From Eledone cirrhosa (Eukaryota): a stretch of 64,000 bases of DNA. Below, piece by piece: positions 50,290 through 64,000 of the stretch. The stretch's first letter is position 1; each line of letters begins with the position of its first letter. Location of the stretch: the NCBI GenBank assembly GCA_964016885.1, contig OZ024741.1, positions 294,500,001 through 294,564,000 of the forward strand, written 5' to 3'. The notes beneath the pieces are model-generated. The model had not been told where the DNA came from and searched no databases. It worked only from the letters and a program-made list of their open reading frames with translations. The position numbers and the translations under genes are program-made.

Positions 50290-51625
50290 ACAAGGGTAAT
50301 ATAAATGATTATATGCATTCTATCCCTCATTGGGCAAACTAAAACACACAGTAAATTGTTTTAGGGTATGGATGAAATGAGATCTAGAAATGGACAAAAA
50401 CAAACTTGCAAATGTAAGAAGAGACATTCTTAGAAACAAGATACTAAAAGATGTAGAGTTAAATGAAATTAAAAAGAATGTTGAAAAAGATTTGAGAATA
50501 CCAATATCAGAAAGGGATTCAAATGAATATGTGACAGAAGTGACACCACAAAACATATTGACTATGTTGTCACTAGGAGAGATTTCACCGATCATTGAAA
50601 GTATCAGAACAACAACATTGCAGGACCAAGATGAAAGACAGATTAACAATATGGATGAAGATATTTCTAGTCATGAACATAAAGATCAGATAGAAGATGC
50701 AAAACAAGAAATTCTCAGTGAGCTTGGAAAAATAAAAAAACAACAACAACATTAGTATGGGTGAAAGAGAGTCCTTGCAAAAATTGACAAGCAACAACCA
50801 GAACAAAAGACACATAAGAACTAGAAATCAGGCTGTTAAAGCAATAATTGAAGAGATGGAACCTGATGTATTAGAATTGAATGAGGTTATTTATGCAGCA
50901 GCAATGGTAATAGAAAAGAAATGTGTGTTAAGGAAAAAGTGAAAAGGACACAACACTCACAAAAACCATCCTAAAAGATAAAAATTAAGAAAGAAATTGA
51001 AATGATGAGGGGAGAAATATCGATTCTGAGTGAAATATGTGCTGGGAAATCTGTCAAGTCAAGAAAAGGGAGGAAAGTGATTAAGAAATACAAAGTACCT
51101 TCAAAACTGATATTCCATCAATAAAACAAACCCTGAATCAGAAAGTAGAGAAAAATCTCATAATGTGAATACAGAATGGATAAAGAACATGGAAGAAACA
51201 TAGAGTTCTTGAAAATACAAGGCCAGATATAATTTTGGTGGAGCAAGGTACTCAAAGGGGGTGTTTGATGATTGATGTAGCTTGCTCAGGAGACCGTTGT
51301 ATCAATGGTAAAGAAAAGGAGAAAATTTGTAAGTATGTAGACATGAGAATACATGTCAAGAGAATGTGAAATATAAAAGCAAGCGTTGTACCAATTGCCA
51401 TTGGAGGACTTGGCTTGATGAGAGAAAACCTCCAGAAAAACCTTGATAGAATTGGAATTGTCCCAGCATTACAACATTGCAGAAAAAACTTTTAGGGCCA
51501 GCAAATATCCTACGGAAAATAGTGTCTATTTGAGGTTACATAACTTCATAGGGAGTCAATTAAATGATGCAGTATTAATAAGATCATCACTGTGCAAATT
51601 AAGGATAATAATAACAATTAAAATA
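50290..51625 (+). mobile_element. Decayed, internally deleted R4/Dong-like LINE
   Basis: N-terminal KLANVRRDILRNKILKDVELNEIKK; later RPDIILV..IDVACSGD..KEREK and VVPIAIGGLG restriction-like endonuclease remnants. Confidence 0.65.
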
Positions 51626-52068
51626 AATAATGGAAGCGTAGTTCATGTACCCAAGTGCAAAGAGCTGTAAAATTAAGAATACTGAAAGGTTATAACCATG
51701 ATAATAATAATATTAATGATGATGGTTATAATAATGCCAACTATTATTATTATTATTATTTTTGTTGTTCTGTATTATTTTATTGGATCTATCGTGCAAT
51801 CTGCATTAGTCGGTGGAAGAATCTATGGTGCTGAAAACAAATTATTGATGAGGTGATTATGAGAATTTAGGAGAGAAAAAAATTTATTTTTCTAAAAAAA
51901 AAAGGCAAAGATTATTTTGAAAATGTTAAATGTTTAAACTTGATAAACCATTTATTTTTTATTAAATATTGTCTAGTTCTAGATTATTTAATCTAATCTA
52001 GACTTTCAGTACTATGTCATTTAGAATTCTTAAAATTAATGTATTCTTAAATACTTTGAAACATTAAT

Positions 52069-52251
52069 AATTGTTTCTACTTTTGGCACAAGGCCAGCAA
52101 TTACCCAGTGCATTACTGGTACTTTATTTTATCGACCCCATAAGGATGAAAGGCAAAGTTAACCTCGGTGGGATTTGAACTCAGAATAGCAAGAGCCGTA
52201 ACTCTATGCATCAAAGCATGGTATCCGACCCTCTACCGATACTGCCAATCC
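52069..52251 (-). mobile_element. Nin/Deu-like tRNA SINE
   Basis: Family sequence; CATTAATAAT at both ends. Confidence 0.9.
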
Positions 52252-53810
52252 ATTAATAATATAATTTGTTCTGCAATGTAATTGTGAGTGGTGTTAGGAA
52301 GGGCATCCAACTGTAAGAAACCCACCCAAAATACAGTTCTGTTTGAGAAAAGTATAGTACGGCCTGCTGGTCAAACTTGTTTCATAATGTGAACGACCCA
52401 TCTAACCCATGCAAGTGTAGAAAATTAAGACGTTAAATAGTGGTGATGATGATGATTTTATATAGTATTTTCTTGTAGCTTAACAGCTTAGGTTTGTTTT
52501 CATTATTTAATTAAATCGTTTTATTTTATTTATTTTTACTATTCATTTTTTTTGTTTATATATTTATTATTATTATTATTTTTCCCTCCAAATATTAGTA
52601 TATTTATGATCAGAAACTCTCTGAATTCCATTGAGAACCAATTTATAAATTCAGAAATATTGTGTAAATAAATTAATGGACTAAACTCAGAAAAACAAAT
52701 AGGATCTGAAACAGTATTTTCCAGTTTCTTGACACTTGTTAGAGCATAGGTCAAAATGCAAAAATTTATTTCATCTTCTTGTGCTCTGAGTTCAAATTCC
52801 ACTGAGATCAACTTTGATATTTATCTTTTCAGTGTTGATAAAAGGAAATACCTTCACTACATAAGTTGCCAGCATCGAGACCCACGTAAAGCTGGTAATA
52901 GCATTAAAGTTTATGTTTAGTTTAAAATCTGTCCCGAGGCCATTGATTACCCTGGTTTCCATGTTGTTAAGGGACTGACAGTACAAGACTCCCTCCTGGA
53001 CAGGATGTCAGTTCATCACAGGGTTAAACCCCCAGCTATTGCTTGGTACTTATGTTCACCCACGTATACTAGAGCAACATGAAATGAAGTGTTTTGCTCA
53101 AGAACATAATAGCATTAGGCTAGATGTAACATATAGGATAACAAAACCTGTTCTAGGTCCAAATTACATGTGAAATATAGGACTCTAAAAAAATAGCAAT
53201 AGGCCCAAGCCAATATTCCATACATTATTCAATATACAATATGTACATATATGTATATACTGCTATGTTGGAGCACCAATACAAACTTTATATATATATA
53301 TAATATTGGATATAGTTTGGAAATATTTTTATTGTGTAATATTAAGTTTGTGCAAACAACATTATATGAGAAAATCATATTAAAATTTAGATTTAATGTA
53401 ACTGTAATAGATTATCCACAATCTAGATAGATAAACTTCATATATTTCAGATAACACTTGATGCTGTATATAGATAAATCTCCTTTAGGTAGCTTAGGTT
53501 TAATTCAGCTAGTGAAACACCATGCGGTTATGTCTAACTTAATAGCATACCAACTTGACTGGAAACAAATGGAAGAATCATTGATAATGTAGAATATATT
53601 GAATGCAATTTTACATGAAAATGGTTGATTTAGATAGAAGACCATCATGATAATGATTATCATAATCATTCCACATGAATATTTATAGTTTCATAAATTT
53701 TATTTAAGATATCTAATGTGCAATTTCCTCTTTTAGTGAAGCTCAGTGATGTATAACATTCACTAGCTTCTATTAAAGTAACCCTTTGTAAGATTTCTTA
53801 CTCAATATAT

Positions 53811-54094
53811 CAATGGTTCCCAATCTGAAGTTCATGAACACCAAGGGATCCATAAAGTTAGTACTGGAAGTCTATTAGCTAGTGTTCTAAATTTCAATTA
53901 TATTGTTAAAACTATAATATGCATACACTACACACTATTTGGTATCTCTTCTCATAAAACAATACACATTTTTCTCTTCTGGTTGTTATTCTCACTATTC
54001 TCACTATGGGAGTGAAGTAATTGTAACAGTGTGTCAGTGAGGAAATACATTTAAATAAAAAGGGTTTTGGTTGTGAAAAGATTGTAAACCACTG
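53811..54094. mobile_element. hAT-like MITE
   Basis: Degenerate TIRs CAATGGTTCCCAATCT / AGATTGTAAACCACTG with 8-bp TSD CAATATAT / CAATAGAT. Confidence 0.65.
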
Positions 54095-54204
54095 CAATAG
54101 ATTGTAAGGTTAGTGGGGGTCTGTGAAATATCCTTCTCTTGTCTTCTCTTCCAATAAACTTCTGTTAAACGTAGCTTTTATTGAAATGATTCTCAGAGAT
54201 TCTG

Positions 54205-54209
54205 CTCTT

Positions 54210-54245
<36 letters not shown>

Positions 54246-54403
54246 ATCCAAATTCTTACACCCTCTTTCTTAAACTTTCTGTTTGTCTCAATCACTCTTC
54301 CTTTTTCTCTTTCTCAATCATTCTATCTATTTCTCTCTCTCTATCTATCTATCTATCTTCCTATCTCTCTCTATATATATATGTATATATCTTCCTATCT
54401 ATC

Positions 54404-54477
<74 letters not shown>

Positions 54478-54630
54478 ATTCTCATTCCCTCTCTCTTAAA
54501 CTTTGTCTATCTCAATCACTCTTCCTTTTTCTCTTTCTCAGTCATTCTATCTCTTTCTCTCTCTTCTACCCCTTCTCTCTCTCTCTCTTCTACCCCTTCT
54601 CTCTCTCTCTCTCTTTCACTCTCTCTTTTC
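54205..54630. repeat. (CT)-rich compound microsatellite
   Basis: Direct reading. Confidence 0.9.
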
Positions 54631-55579
54631 CTATCTTACTTGGCATTTCCATTGCACACAGCCTTGATTCTTTCAATGATTTATTTTTCTTGATTCAGTT
54701 CCTAACAAAAACATAATCTTTATTTAGTGGTGCAAGATGGCCCTGCTTTCATTCAGCTTCTCCTATTTCATATAAGGATTGGCTTTCTCTGCTACAAACT
54801 AATTATATGCCATTCCTTAACTCTCAACACCCTTTACCACATAAAACTACATTAGTAATACATTCTTGAAAAGTATAAACAAGTACTATGACTATACAAT
54901 ATTTGTCCAGTAAGAAAGATACTAAAAAATCATTTGAATTAACAAATATGTTTTTTTTTAAATATTTCTACTAAATCATTACAGGATATTAGGAGTTAAA
55001 ATACAATGGTTTTGCTCCTGACAGCCATAAGGTGAAGCATGTGATTGGAGTTTATTTCATAGTCTCTACAATCTGTTCCGAGCCCTGAGGCTCATCAGGC
55101 CAGTGCTTATCCCAGTTTCTGTGGTGTGAAGCAACTGAGAGTACAATATTCCCTCCTATACAGGATACCAGTCCACTGCAGAGTTAAACCCCCAGTTATT
55201 GCTGCTACTCATTTTCAGCTGAGTGTATTGGAGCAATGTAAAATGAACTGTTTTTGCTCAAGAACAAAAAACACAACCCAGTCCAGGAATCAAACCTACG
55301 ACATTATGAGCATATGTCTAACACCCTTAACACTGAGCCATGCACTTCTACTATTATATAGCCAGCAAGATAAAGTTAGTAGACTCAGTCTTTCATACAA
55401 AGCAGTACTGATGATGTTATCAACAGTCTTACTCCTTAGGCAATCAGGTGATAACCAAATAACAAAACCAGATAAAGACTCCCTTTAAACTTGTAACATG
55501 TTATTGTTTCAAAACTACAACACTATATTACATATTCATGCTGATATTTATTTTGAAAACAAAACTGTGTTTGACTTAA

Positions 55580-55802
55580 CCCTTTAGCATTTACATTTCT
55601 ATATATATATACTATTGTATTTTTGTAGTAAACACTTTATCTTCCATAATTATCTAACATAATATCGAATCTACGAGATTTTGATATTGTTTATTTTGAG
55701 AACAATACCTCAACATCAGTATGAGTGGCTAGTTACAGCCAGTTTGACCAGAAAGAAGTGAGAGAATTCTGGCCTGATATGGCTGGTTCAAATGCTATAG
55801 GG
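55580..55802. mobile_element. piggyBac-like MITE
   Basis: TTAA TSDs (55576-55579, 55803-55806); TIRs CCCTTTAGCATTT / AAATGCTATAGGG. Confidence 0.7.
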
Positions 55803-56004
55803 TTAAACTAATTTTATTAAAGATTTTTCATGTTTATTTATTTGTCTTTTATGTTTAGTTGGAGCAATGTTGTTCCTAAATCCATTGTTATTTCATCTAA
55901 GTGTTTAATTTAAATTTATTTTGAGTGGGGTGGGTTGGGTGCAGAATGGTAGATGCCAGCTCTCTCTCTGCAGTCTATGATGATTATTATTATCATTATT
56001 ATTA

Positions 56005-56378
56005 TTTGAGTTCAAATCTCTCCAAGGTTACAGAGTCGATAAAATAAAGTACTAGTAATGCACTGGGTTGATTTACTTGACTTTCCCCTATCCTAAAATC
56101 GCTGGCCTTGTGCCTAAAGTAGAAACAATTATTATTATTTGAGTGGTGGATTTGGATTGGCAGAATTGGTAGAGTGTCGAACTCCATGTTTTGCAGCATA
56201 GAATTACGACCCTTAACGTTCAGAGTTCAAATCCCGCTAAAGTTATTTTTGCTTTCATCCTTACGGGGTCTATAAATAAAGCACCAGTAATGCACGGGTC
56301 AATTTTATCGACAGTCCCATTCCCTTCAAACTTATTCCTATTCCCTTCGTCTTGAGTCAAATAGAGAAACAATTATTA
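56005..56378 (+). mobile_element. Two tandem Nin/Deu-like SINE copies (first one 5'-truncated)
   Basis: Family core and tail twice. Confidence 0.8.
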
Positions 56379-56802
56379 TAAGTGTTTAATAAACATTTCC
56401 GTCAGCTCCCCCTATCATACAAATTCCAACTAAGATTACCATGGTGACCAGAGAAATTTGAATTGTTGAGGGTTAATCCCTCTTGTTAAGAGCAAAGTAA
56501 GACACAATGATGTAGCTAGTTATGTCACTGAATATATTTAATGTCATGATTTAACTTAATTACACATGAAAATGATGGAAAAAAGAAAAACAACAAAAGT
56601 TGTTAATGTAAAGAGAAGTTATAAATGTCTACGTATATTGTTTTTCTTTTACTTTCTCCTGCTGAATATCCTCTCATCAACTACAAAATCCAGATTTCTT
56701 AATTTTCAATGCAGATGTGTTTTATATATGTGTATAAACGCACACACATGCGTATGTGTGAATATATATAACTGTGGTTACCCCCAATTGAACCCAGAAT
56801 AA

Positions 56803-56847
<45 letters not shown>

Positions 56848-57197
56848 GTGTGTGTCTGTGTCTGTGTATATATATACATGCATATGTATGTAATGTATGA
56901 GTGTGTGCATATTTAAAATAAAATGTCTCTGTATGTATACATGTATACATATATATAATATATATATATAAACCCATAGAGCAAAAATTTATTATATGAA
57001 TGGGATCTTCTGAAACTTAAAGATCCTGTTAAGGGTGAAAGCAGCGATTCTTTGCTTAAACTTAAATCGGTTTATATATAATATACATATATATATATAT
57101 ATATACTATATATATATATACATATATATGTGTATGTGTGTATGTATCTATAAATTAGAAATAGAAGCTTTCGCTACTTTTGACTAAAGAAATTTTA

Positions 57198-57257
57198 GCT
57201 GGTAATATGCCTTTAAAGTTTTATTTTGCAATAAAACTTTAAAGGAATATTACCAGC
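57198..57257. repeat. Short fold-back hairpin
   Basis: GCTGGTAATATGCCTTTAAAGTTTTATT / AATAAAACTTTAAAGGAATATTACCAGC. Confidence 0.85.
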
Positions 57258-57381
57258 CTGGCCTCCTGTTATTTTAATCAAATTAATATTTTATATATAT
57301 ATATATGAAATATTTTTCTTTATATATCATTATATATATTGTTATATATTGTTATATATTATATATATTGTTATATATTGA

Positions 57382-57570
57382 GGGCGGTGGATTGGCTTAT
57401 TGGGTGAGGGTCGGATGCCATGCTTTGCAGCAGAGTTACGTCCCTTTACGGAGTGAGTTCAAATCCCGCCAAGGTTAACTTTACCTTTCATCCTTACGGG
57501 GTCGATAAAATAAAGTACCAGTAATACACTGGGATAATTGCTGGCCTTGTGTCAAAAGTAGAAACAATTA
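57382..57570 (+). mobile_element. Nin/Deu-like tRNA SINE
   Basis: Full family sequence; TATATATTGTTATAT at both ends. Confidence 0.9.
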
Positions 57571-57573
57571 TAT

Positions 57574-57712
57574 ATATTGTTATATTTGGGGAGGGTGATA
57601 TTGCTATAATATGGCCAGAAATAATAATAAAACAATATGACCCTCCCCAAATATAATAATATCTGTTTCAACACATGAATTCATATCAAAAACCTTGCAA
57701 AACAAGTTCATT
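57574..57712 (+). mobile_element. Diverged PLE-B tail with short fold-back
   Basis: Reverse-complement similarity to 44990-45075; IR ATATTGTTATATTTGGGGAGGGTGATATTG / CAATATGACCCTCCCCAAATATAATAATAT. Confidence 0.7.
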
Positions 57713-58550
57713 ATATATATGAAATATTTTTCTTTATGCATCATTTTATCCACTACTTGAATGTATTTATTAATGTTGAACCATTGAAATATTACAAAAG
57801 AAAGATTGTCAGATTACTTTGAACAAAGAAGATGTGTAAATACATGTGTTAAGTATTTTCTTTTCATTGCAACAAACTGTTATAATGATGTTATAATGAT
57901 GTTGATGATAAAATAATAAGCATTTTGTATTTGTTTGTGTCTGTAAGTAATATGTAGGTATATATTTCTATATATAAAAAAAAATATATATATGTGTGTG
58001 TGTGTGTGAGAGTGAGGGTGTATTATATTCAGTGGCAAGCTGACAAAAGAACATCTGAAAAACCGATTTATTAAGCTACCAAAATTTTAACTACAGAGTC
58101 GTAATTAAACAAATTCGAATCTCTCAATATAGTATTTAAAAAAAGGTAAACTCTGGAATTCAAGAAAGTTGGTGATTACCAAATGCTGGAGCTGGCCTCA
58201 TTCTCATTGTGCCAAATGAACTATGCCAATCTTCTAAAATTGACATTAAAATAAAAATTTTCTGTAGCAATCAAAATGGTTCGCTTTCACTTTGGAACAT
58301 TAAAAGTCCTGCTGAATTTTCACCTCATGAATCACCTATCATTAAATCATCCCATTATTATACTTTTGGGGGTCGATGTAATGGACTTTCCCCTCCCACA
58401 AAATTGAGCATAAATCAGAAACCATTAAAACGTTTCCCAGTTGGTCTCTTTCACTTGCAAAATAAAAAAAAGGTTTACATTTTTTTAAAGCATTATGCTA
58501 ACAACCTGTTTGCACAAACCAATATAAATTGAGGACAGCTCACCACTGGG

Positions 58551-58586
<36 letters not shown>

Positions 58587-58587
58587 C

Positions 58588-58636
<49 letters not shown>

Positions 58637-58883
58637 TATATTTATGTGTGTGTGTGAGAGTACATACATTTGCATTATGATCTGTTTTACTTTTTCAATA
58701 AATGGTATCCTTGATTACAGTCCTATATATAAAAATGTGTTTAAATTCTTGTGAATAACTCCATATTACTCTGTGTTAGCTGTGATATATGATTTTATAA
58801 ATACTCTACTTGTGCATCGCATACTCTATAACTCTGTTGCATTGCTTGTTTCTGCATTAGTATAATGAAGTTATTTTATTTTG

Positions 58884-58921
<38 letters not shown>

Positions 58922-59275
58922 ACATGTATATATGTGTATATATATAATATACATGTACATATATGTATATATATAATATACATGTACATATATATATATA
59001 TATATATACAGAAATACATGCAAAGACACACACACATGCACACACTTACATGCACACAGTCATGTATGTTCATGCATACAATTGTCATCGTAAAACATTT
59101 TAAAAAGCAAGTCCTATTTCACAAATTACTTTTTTCTTTTCTTCTGTTGTTGCTCTCGCCATGAAGGAAAGGGTTAGTAAACCAAATTGATAATTATCAT
59201 AATAATAGTTTTTCACATTCTTTTCTATTTATTACTTTTAATATATCTAGTTTTTGCCTGTTTATCACTTTTACA

Positions 59276-59335
59276 TTATTATTATTATTATTACTATTAT
59301 TATTATTATTATTATTATTATCATTATTATTATTA
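59276..59335. repeat. (TAT)n microsatellite
   Basis: Direct reading. Confidence 0.95.
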
Positions 59336-60828
59336 CATTTTTTGTAATTTTTTTATTTCTTATTCTTCAATTTTGAAGTTTTGACTCTTTCATAAATGCA
59401 GGAATAAAACCAGTTTTATATGTATGAATGCATGCATGTATGTATGCTTTCATACATATATATATACGTGTGTGTGTGTGTGTGTATAATTGATGTGTAT
59501 CTGTGTACAGGAATTTTATATTCTCCACCTTATGTAGTGAGTTGCATGAAACCTGGGGTATGGTTTTGATATCCTATTTACTATGCAGCAATTTGAAATT
59601 TCACATGCAGAAACATTCAGACACAACCTCACAGATATGCACGTGCATTGATATTCATATGCACACATACCAAAGAATAATTTTATAAGGAGCTTGAATA
59701 AATGTATGTATGTGTATATGTACTGCATGTGTGTGCATATATGAATTGAATTTATGTAAAATGACAGGATTGGAAAGAAAGAGAATAGTAAAAGAGGTCA
59801 CGAAGATAGTAATGCTGCTGTGTTCACTACACGCCTTATTCACTACTTGATTTCCGTTTTTCCACACATAAACATATAGACAGAACAGACATGAGCAAGC
59901 CTACAGAAATAGACAGGATAGAGAAGAGAGAACAAAATATTATACACCCGCTGCATTTGAAAATGGGCAGTATTATCCTCGGATGGGTAAAAACCTGATA
60001 TATAAGGAACATTAAAACTGGAGGTTCAACCAGCATATGAGACTTGGGCCTTGGAGAGCAAAGTAGAAATCCAAGTATATGTGATGCAAATGCCTTAAAA
60101 AAAAAATCTCTGGCCCTATGAATTTTAAGAACAACTCTGCTCCTAAGGACAAATTCACTCTTGTTCCACCTTGCTAAATTTCTCACAGAGGCTTTCACTA
60201 TGAGTCACATCTTATCTTATTCTCTTATCTGACCCATAACTCCTGTGGGAGTCGTAAAGGCACGGTATTGACATACAACATTTCTAAAGCATTTTAAAAC
60301 CTGGTAGAGCCCATTTTCTATCCAGGTCTGAATACAGCAGGTTTCTTCAAGACAGAGAGTGAGAGAATGGAAGTGAGAAAATGATTTTTTATCGACCTTG
60401 GATGGATTAAAGGCAGAGTTGACCCCAACAGGATATGATCTCAGTGAGGAGAAAGTCGGAACAACTACCACAAAGCATCCTGTCACCCATTCTAATGACT
60501 CTGCCAATTTGCTGCCTCCCCATAACTTATAGTTAAGCCAAAAACCTTTTATTAGGGTTCTGCTTCGTATACATGACAACCAAAACAAACTAATAAATAT
60601 ACCTATACAGAAACATAGAGACAAACAAATTTTATTTAAATGTGTTTATGATTTAAAGAATTGTCTTTCTTTTTATTTTTTCAGAAATCTTCTTGTTGTT
60701 GTAGTTTATCATTACTTTGTAAATTCATCTTTTATTTAGTGTAGTCAGTTTTTGCATTTTCTGAATTTAAAATATTTCTGTTGCCAAAAAATGTATATAT
60801 CTGTACACATACTTACATACATAATACT

Positions 60829-60863
<35 letters not shown>

Positions 60864-61115
60864 AATTACATAATAGTTACCAAACCATACTTGAGAAGAC
60901 ATGTTTCACCAAAATTAGATTTTCAACCTGTGTATGGTTATAGTGAGAACTCTGAAACATGTGTTCGCAATAATAGTTTAGTAATTATTGTGGAATTAAC
61001 TCTATACCAAACTCATCCTTTGGATTGAGGGCTCTACCAACTTTGTGTATAAACCATCTGATTTTTCATTACTATATATATATATATATATATAAATGTG
61101 TATATGTAGATGGTT

Positions 61116-61156
<41 letters not shown>

Positions 61157-61684
61157 AAGAATTCCAAACCCATGCAAGCATGGAAGATGGACATTAAACG
61201 ATGATGATGATGATGAATCAATCATATTCTGGAAGTTTTGAGCAAATTTTGAAATTTGAAATTACTATAGTTTAATGTAAGTCACTTCAACATAAGTTTT
61301 TAGACTATGAAAATAGTCAGACAAGCTGGACATATTGAAAATTTACATATATGCATATATATATATATATATACAGATACACATTCATAAACATATACAT
61401 TTTTCTCTATATATTTGCATGTGTGTGTGTATGCATAGAATGTCTTCTACTTTTCAATTAAATAGCTGACTATGAAAAATATGTTTAACATGTAGACATT
61501 TTTTAAAGCACCTGTCTATTTTTATACTTTTATTTTACCTATTTTTCCTGTTACTATATATTTGTATAAATGAATAATGTTCAGAAGTTTACAAAAATGT
61601 TATATATATATATATAATATAAATATGTATATTTTATATATATATATATTGTATACGTATGTATATAATATAATATAAACATAT

Positions 61685-61748
<64 letters not shown>

Positions 61749-62959
61749 AGAGAGAGAGAGAGAGAGAGAAGGAGAGAGAGAGAGAATGAGTGAAAAAGAG
61801 GGGCATATATATTTTATATATACTCACTTATATATATATTAAATTCTTTTAATCTGTGTTTAAATTGACTCTTTCTTTTTTAATTCTATAATTTGATATT
61901 ATCTTCTCTCCCTTCCCTTCCTATCAATCAAGCCTACTTTTCAATATTTTATACATGTCATCTGATATTTATGTTGACTGTAATAACCTTTATTTATGCC
62001 ATATCCACCAAGGAGGTTTCCAACCATCCCAGTGGGAGACTAACTGTATGAAACCTCACAATCAATCGGTGCAAATTTTGTACACCATATTAATAGATAG
62101 AGGCATAGAATTCTTTGAAATTTCATCCCTTGTGAATAAAGATACTACATGTATGTGCATGTCTCTATGTAGATATTTTTATGAAAGTGCATATATCTCT
62201 GAGTGTATGTGTGTATATATAAGTGTGTGTGTATTGGTGCATGTGTTCAATTTGTCTGTCTGGGTGAGTTTTGTGGGGTTAGGTTAAGGTTATTTTATGT
62301 TGATTTTTCCATGCTTGCATGGAGCAGACACAGCCCAGAACTTGTCATGGTTTCCTGGGTATTTATTGACTAGGATTACAGGATCCCAGCCTGTTGTAAG
62401 GCTAAACTTCAGATGCTACTGGTATGTATGTTAATCCGAGCAACATGAAATAATGCATTTCTTGGTCTGGAAATTGATAATCATGACCCCAACAACCTAA
62501 CTACTAGATCACATGTTTTGTTTTAAAATTGTTTGTATATATTGCAGTTGAAAGTAAGGCTGAATGGTTGAGTAGTTTACTTCACAGTCAAAGGTTTCCA
62601 GGTTCCATTCCTCTATGTGACATCTTAGGCAAGTGCTTTACAATAAGACTTCAGTAGATCAAGTACTTGCAAGTAAAAACTGGAGCATTTGCCCTTTTTC
62701 TTTGTGTGGAAGGGACATGTGACTGAGGTCATGTGGTCCATTTGCTAATACCCACTGAATGGAGATTTAGGCATGCTGTGACCGATTATGTACAAACATG
62801 TGCTGAGGTTACAACATCTCCAGCATTTCCCTGATGGGGAATAGGTGTGGATGCCATTTGCTACACATGTTTTTCTCCAACTTATCTCCTAGGCAGAGCT
62901 GTAGTCGTGGGTCAAGTGAAGACTGAGAGAGAGCAATTGGAAACTGAACTGTCTTTAAG

Positions 62960-63825
62960 TGCTCATAGCCCTCTGCTAATCAGACAGTATGATCAGTGGA
63001 AAGTCCACCTTGGCTTTCTATAGAGGATTAGTAGTGGTGGGTAAAAATAATAACGTTTTGAGGGAGACTCCGGGCATCAGTAAAAATCAACTCGCCACTC
63101 TTTTCTGGGGATACTCTGTCCAAGGTCTATGGATAACAGCCAGAAATCTCTGACTTGGCAGTGCTACCAAGGACATTGCCTGCTTGAGATAGACATCAAT
63201 CAGGCCTGTTCAAGAAGTACACAATGCAATGAAACCGTCTTACACACACTTATTGAGTGTCTGCGTATTGAGGACTTGTGGGCTCATGTCAACACCTGCT
63301 GTTGCATGTAAGATGGATCTGGCTATCAGCAGAGTCCATCATGAAGATTGCTATGCTGCCTTCCTTTGGCCAGGAAGGACAGGCAGTTTTTATCTCTCTG
63401 GTGGCCATGACAAGAGATCTTATTGTTGATACATTTAAAAGGTTTGAAGACAAACACTTTCCTCTTTGACAAAGCCCTGATTAACCTTTTCAGGTTTCAT
63501 TTAAAAAGGAAAATTAGGGTGGAGAGGAAAGTCTACCTTCCATGCTGTTTGTTGAAAGGTGTGTGAGAGTGGTGAGCATGACCCGAATGAATGGACTGCT
63601 CTTAGTGTGAACCTGTAGATTAGAGGAGGTCAACTGAGAGGGGGCACATGCCCTAGTGGTCAGAGTGAATGTGGCTTTTTGTGCCTTTTCTCCCTATTGG
63701 GGAATTTGTTATTACTTGAATTTTTATGTTTCATTGTTTTTGTTATAACTTTTTGCACACAAAGCCCCACAATATATTATCCTGTGCTGTCTTTAATTTT
63801 TCTTTTTTTCATGTGAGCCCTCTAT
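62960..63825 (+). mobile_element. Older decayed copy of the L1/Tx1-like LINE 3' end
   Basis: MDNSQKSLTWQCYQG..ETVLHTLIEC..LSAESIMKI homologous to ORF 49254-49847. Confidence 0.8.
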
Positions 63826-64000
63826 AGCAGTATCGTTGGAGGGTCGAACACCATGCTTGGCAGCATAGAGTTACGCCCTTTTACGTTCTGAGTTCAAATG
63901 CTGCTGAGGCTAACTTTGCCCTTATGAGGTCGATGATAAAATAAAGCACCAGTAATACACTGGGATAATTGCTGGCCATGTGCCGAAAATAAAAACAATT
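63826..64000 (+). mobile_element. Nin/Deu-like tRNA SINE (runs to the window end)
   Basis: Family head, core and tail. Confidence 0.85.

Overview
AT-rich, repeat-saturated eukaryotic DNA, intergenic or intronic. The repeat mix (Nin/Deu-domain tRNA-derived SINEs, RTE LINEs with (GAT)n tails, Penelope-like elements, very long (TA)n tracts) suggests an invertebrate, plausibly an octopod cephalopod; this is inference only. I recognise no host protein-coding gene, rRNA, tRNA gene or CRISPR array, and most ORF-track entries are microsatellite read-throughs. All recognisable coding sequence is decayed transposon: two Penelope-like elements (PLE-A at 5.5-7.4 kb, GIY-YIG fragment; PLE-B at 45-48.7 kb, RT plus GIY-YIG), RTE LINEs, L1/Tx1-like and R4/Dong-like 3' ends, a DD37D maT/mariner, a probable non-autonomous Helitron and several MITEs. 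The most interesting signal is a set of about ten short fold-back (inverted-repeat) inserts in (TA)n tracts, each with an inverted arm, a forward body and usually a short unique tail. Three unrelated families carry type I hammerhead ribozyme motifs (six copies in total). One family shows pairing-preserving substitutions in stem II, and one derivative starts at the predicted self-cleavage site of its parent PLE. Similar fold-backs also affect a SINE and ordinary flanking DNA. All coordinates and base-pairings were read by eye.
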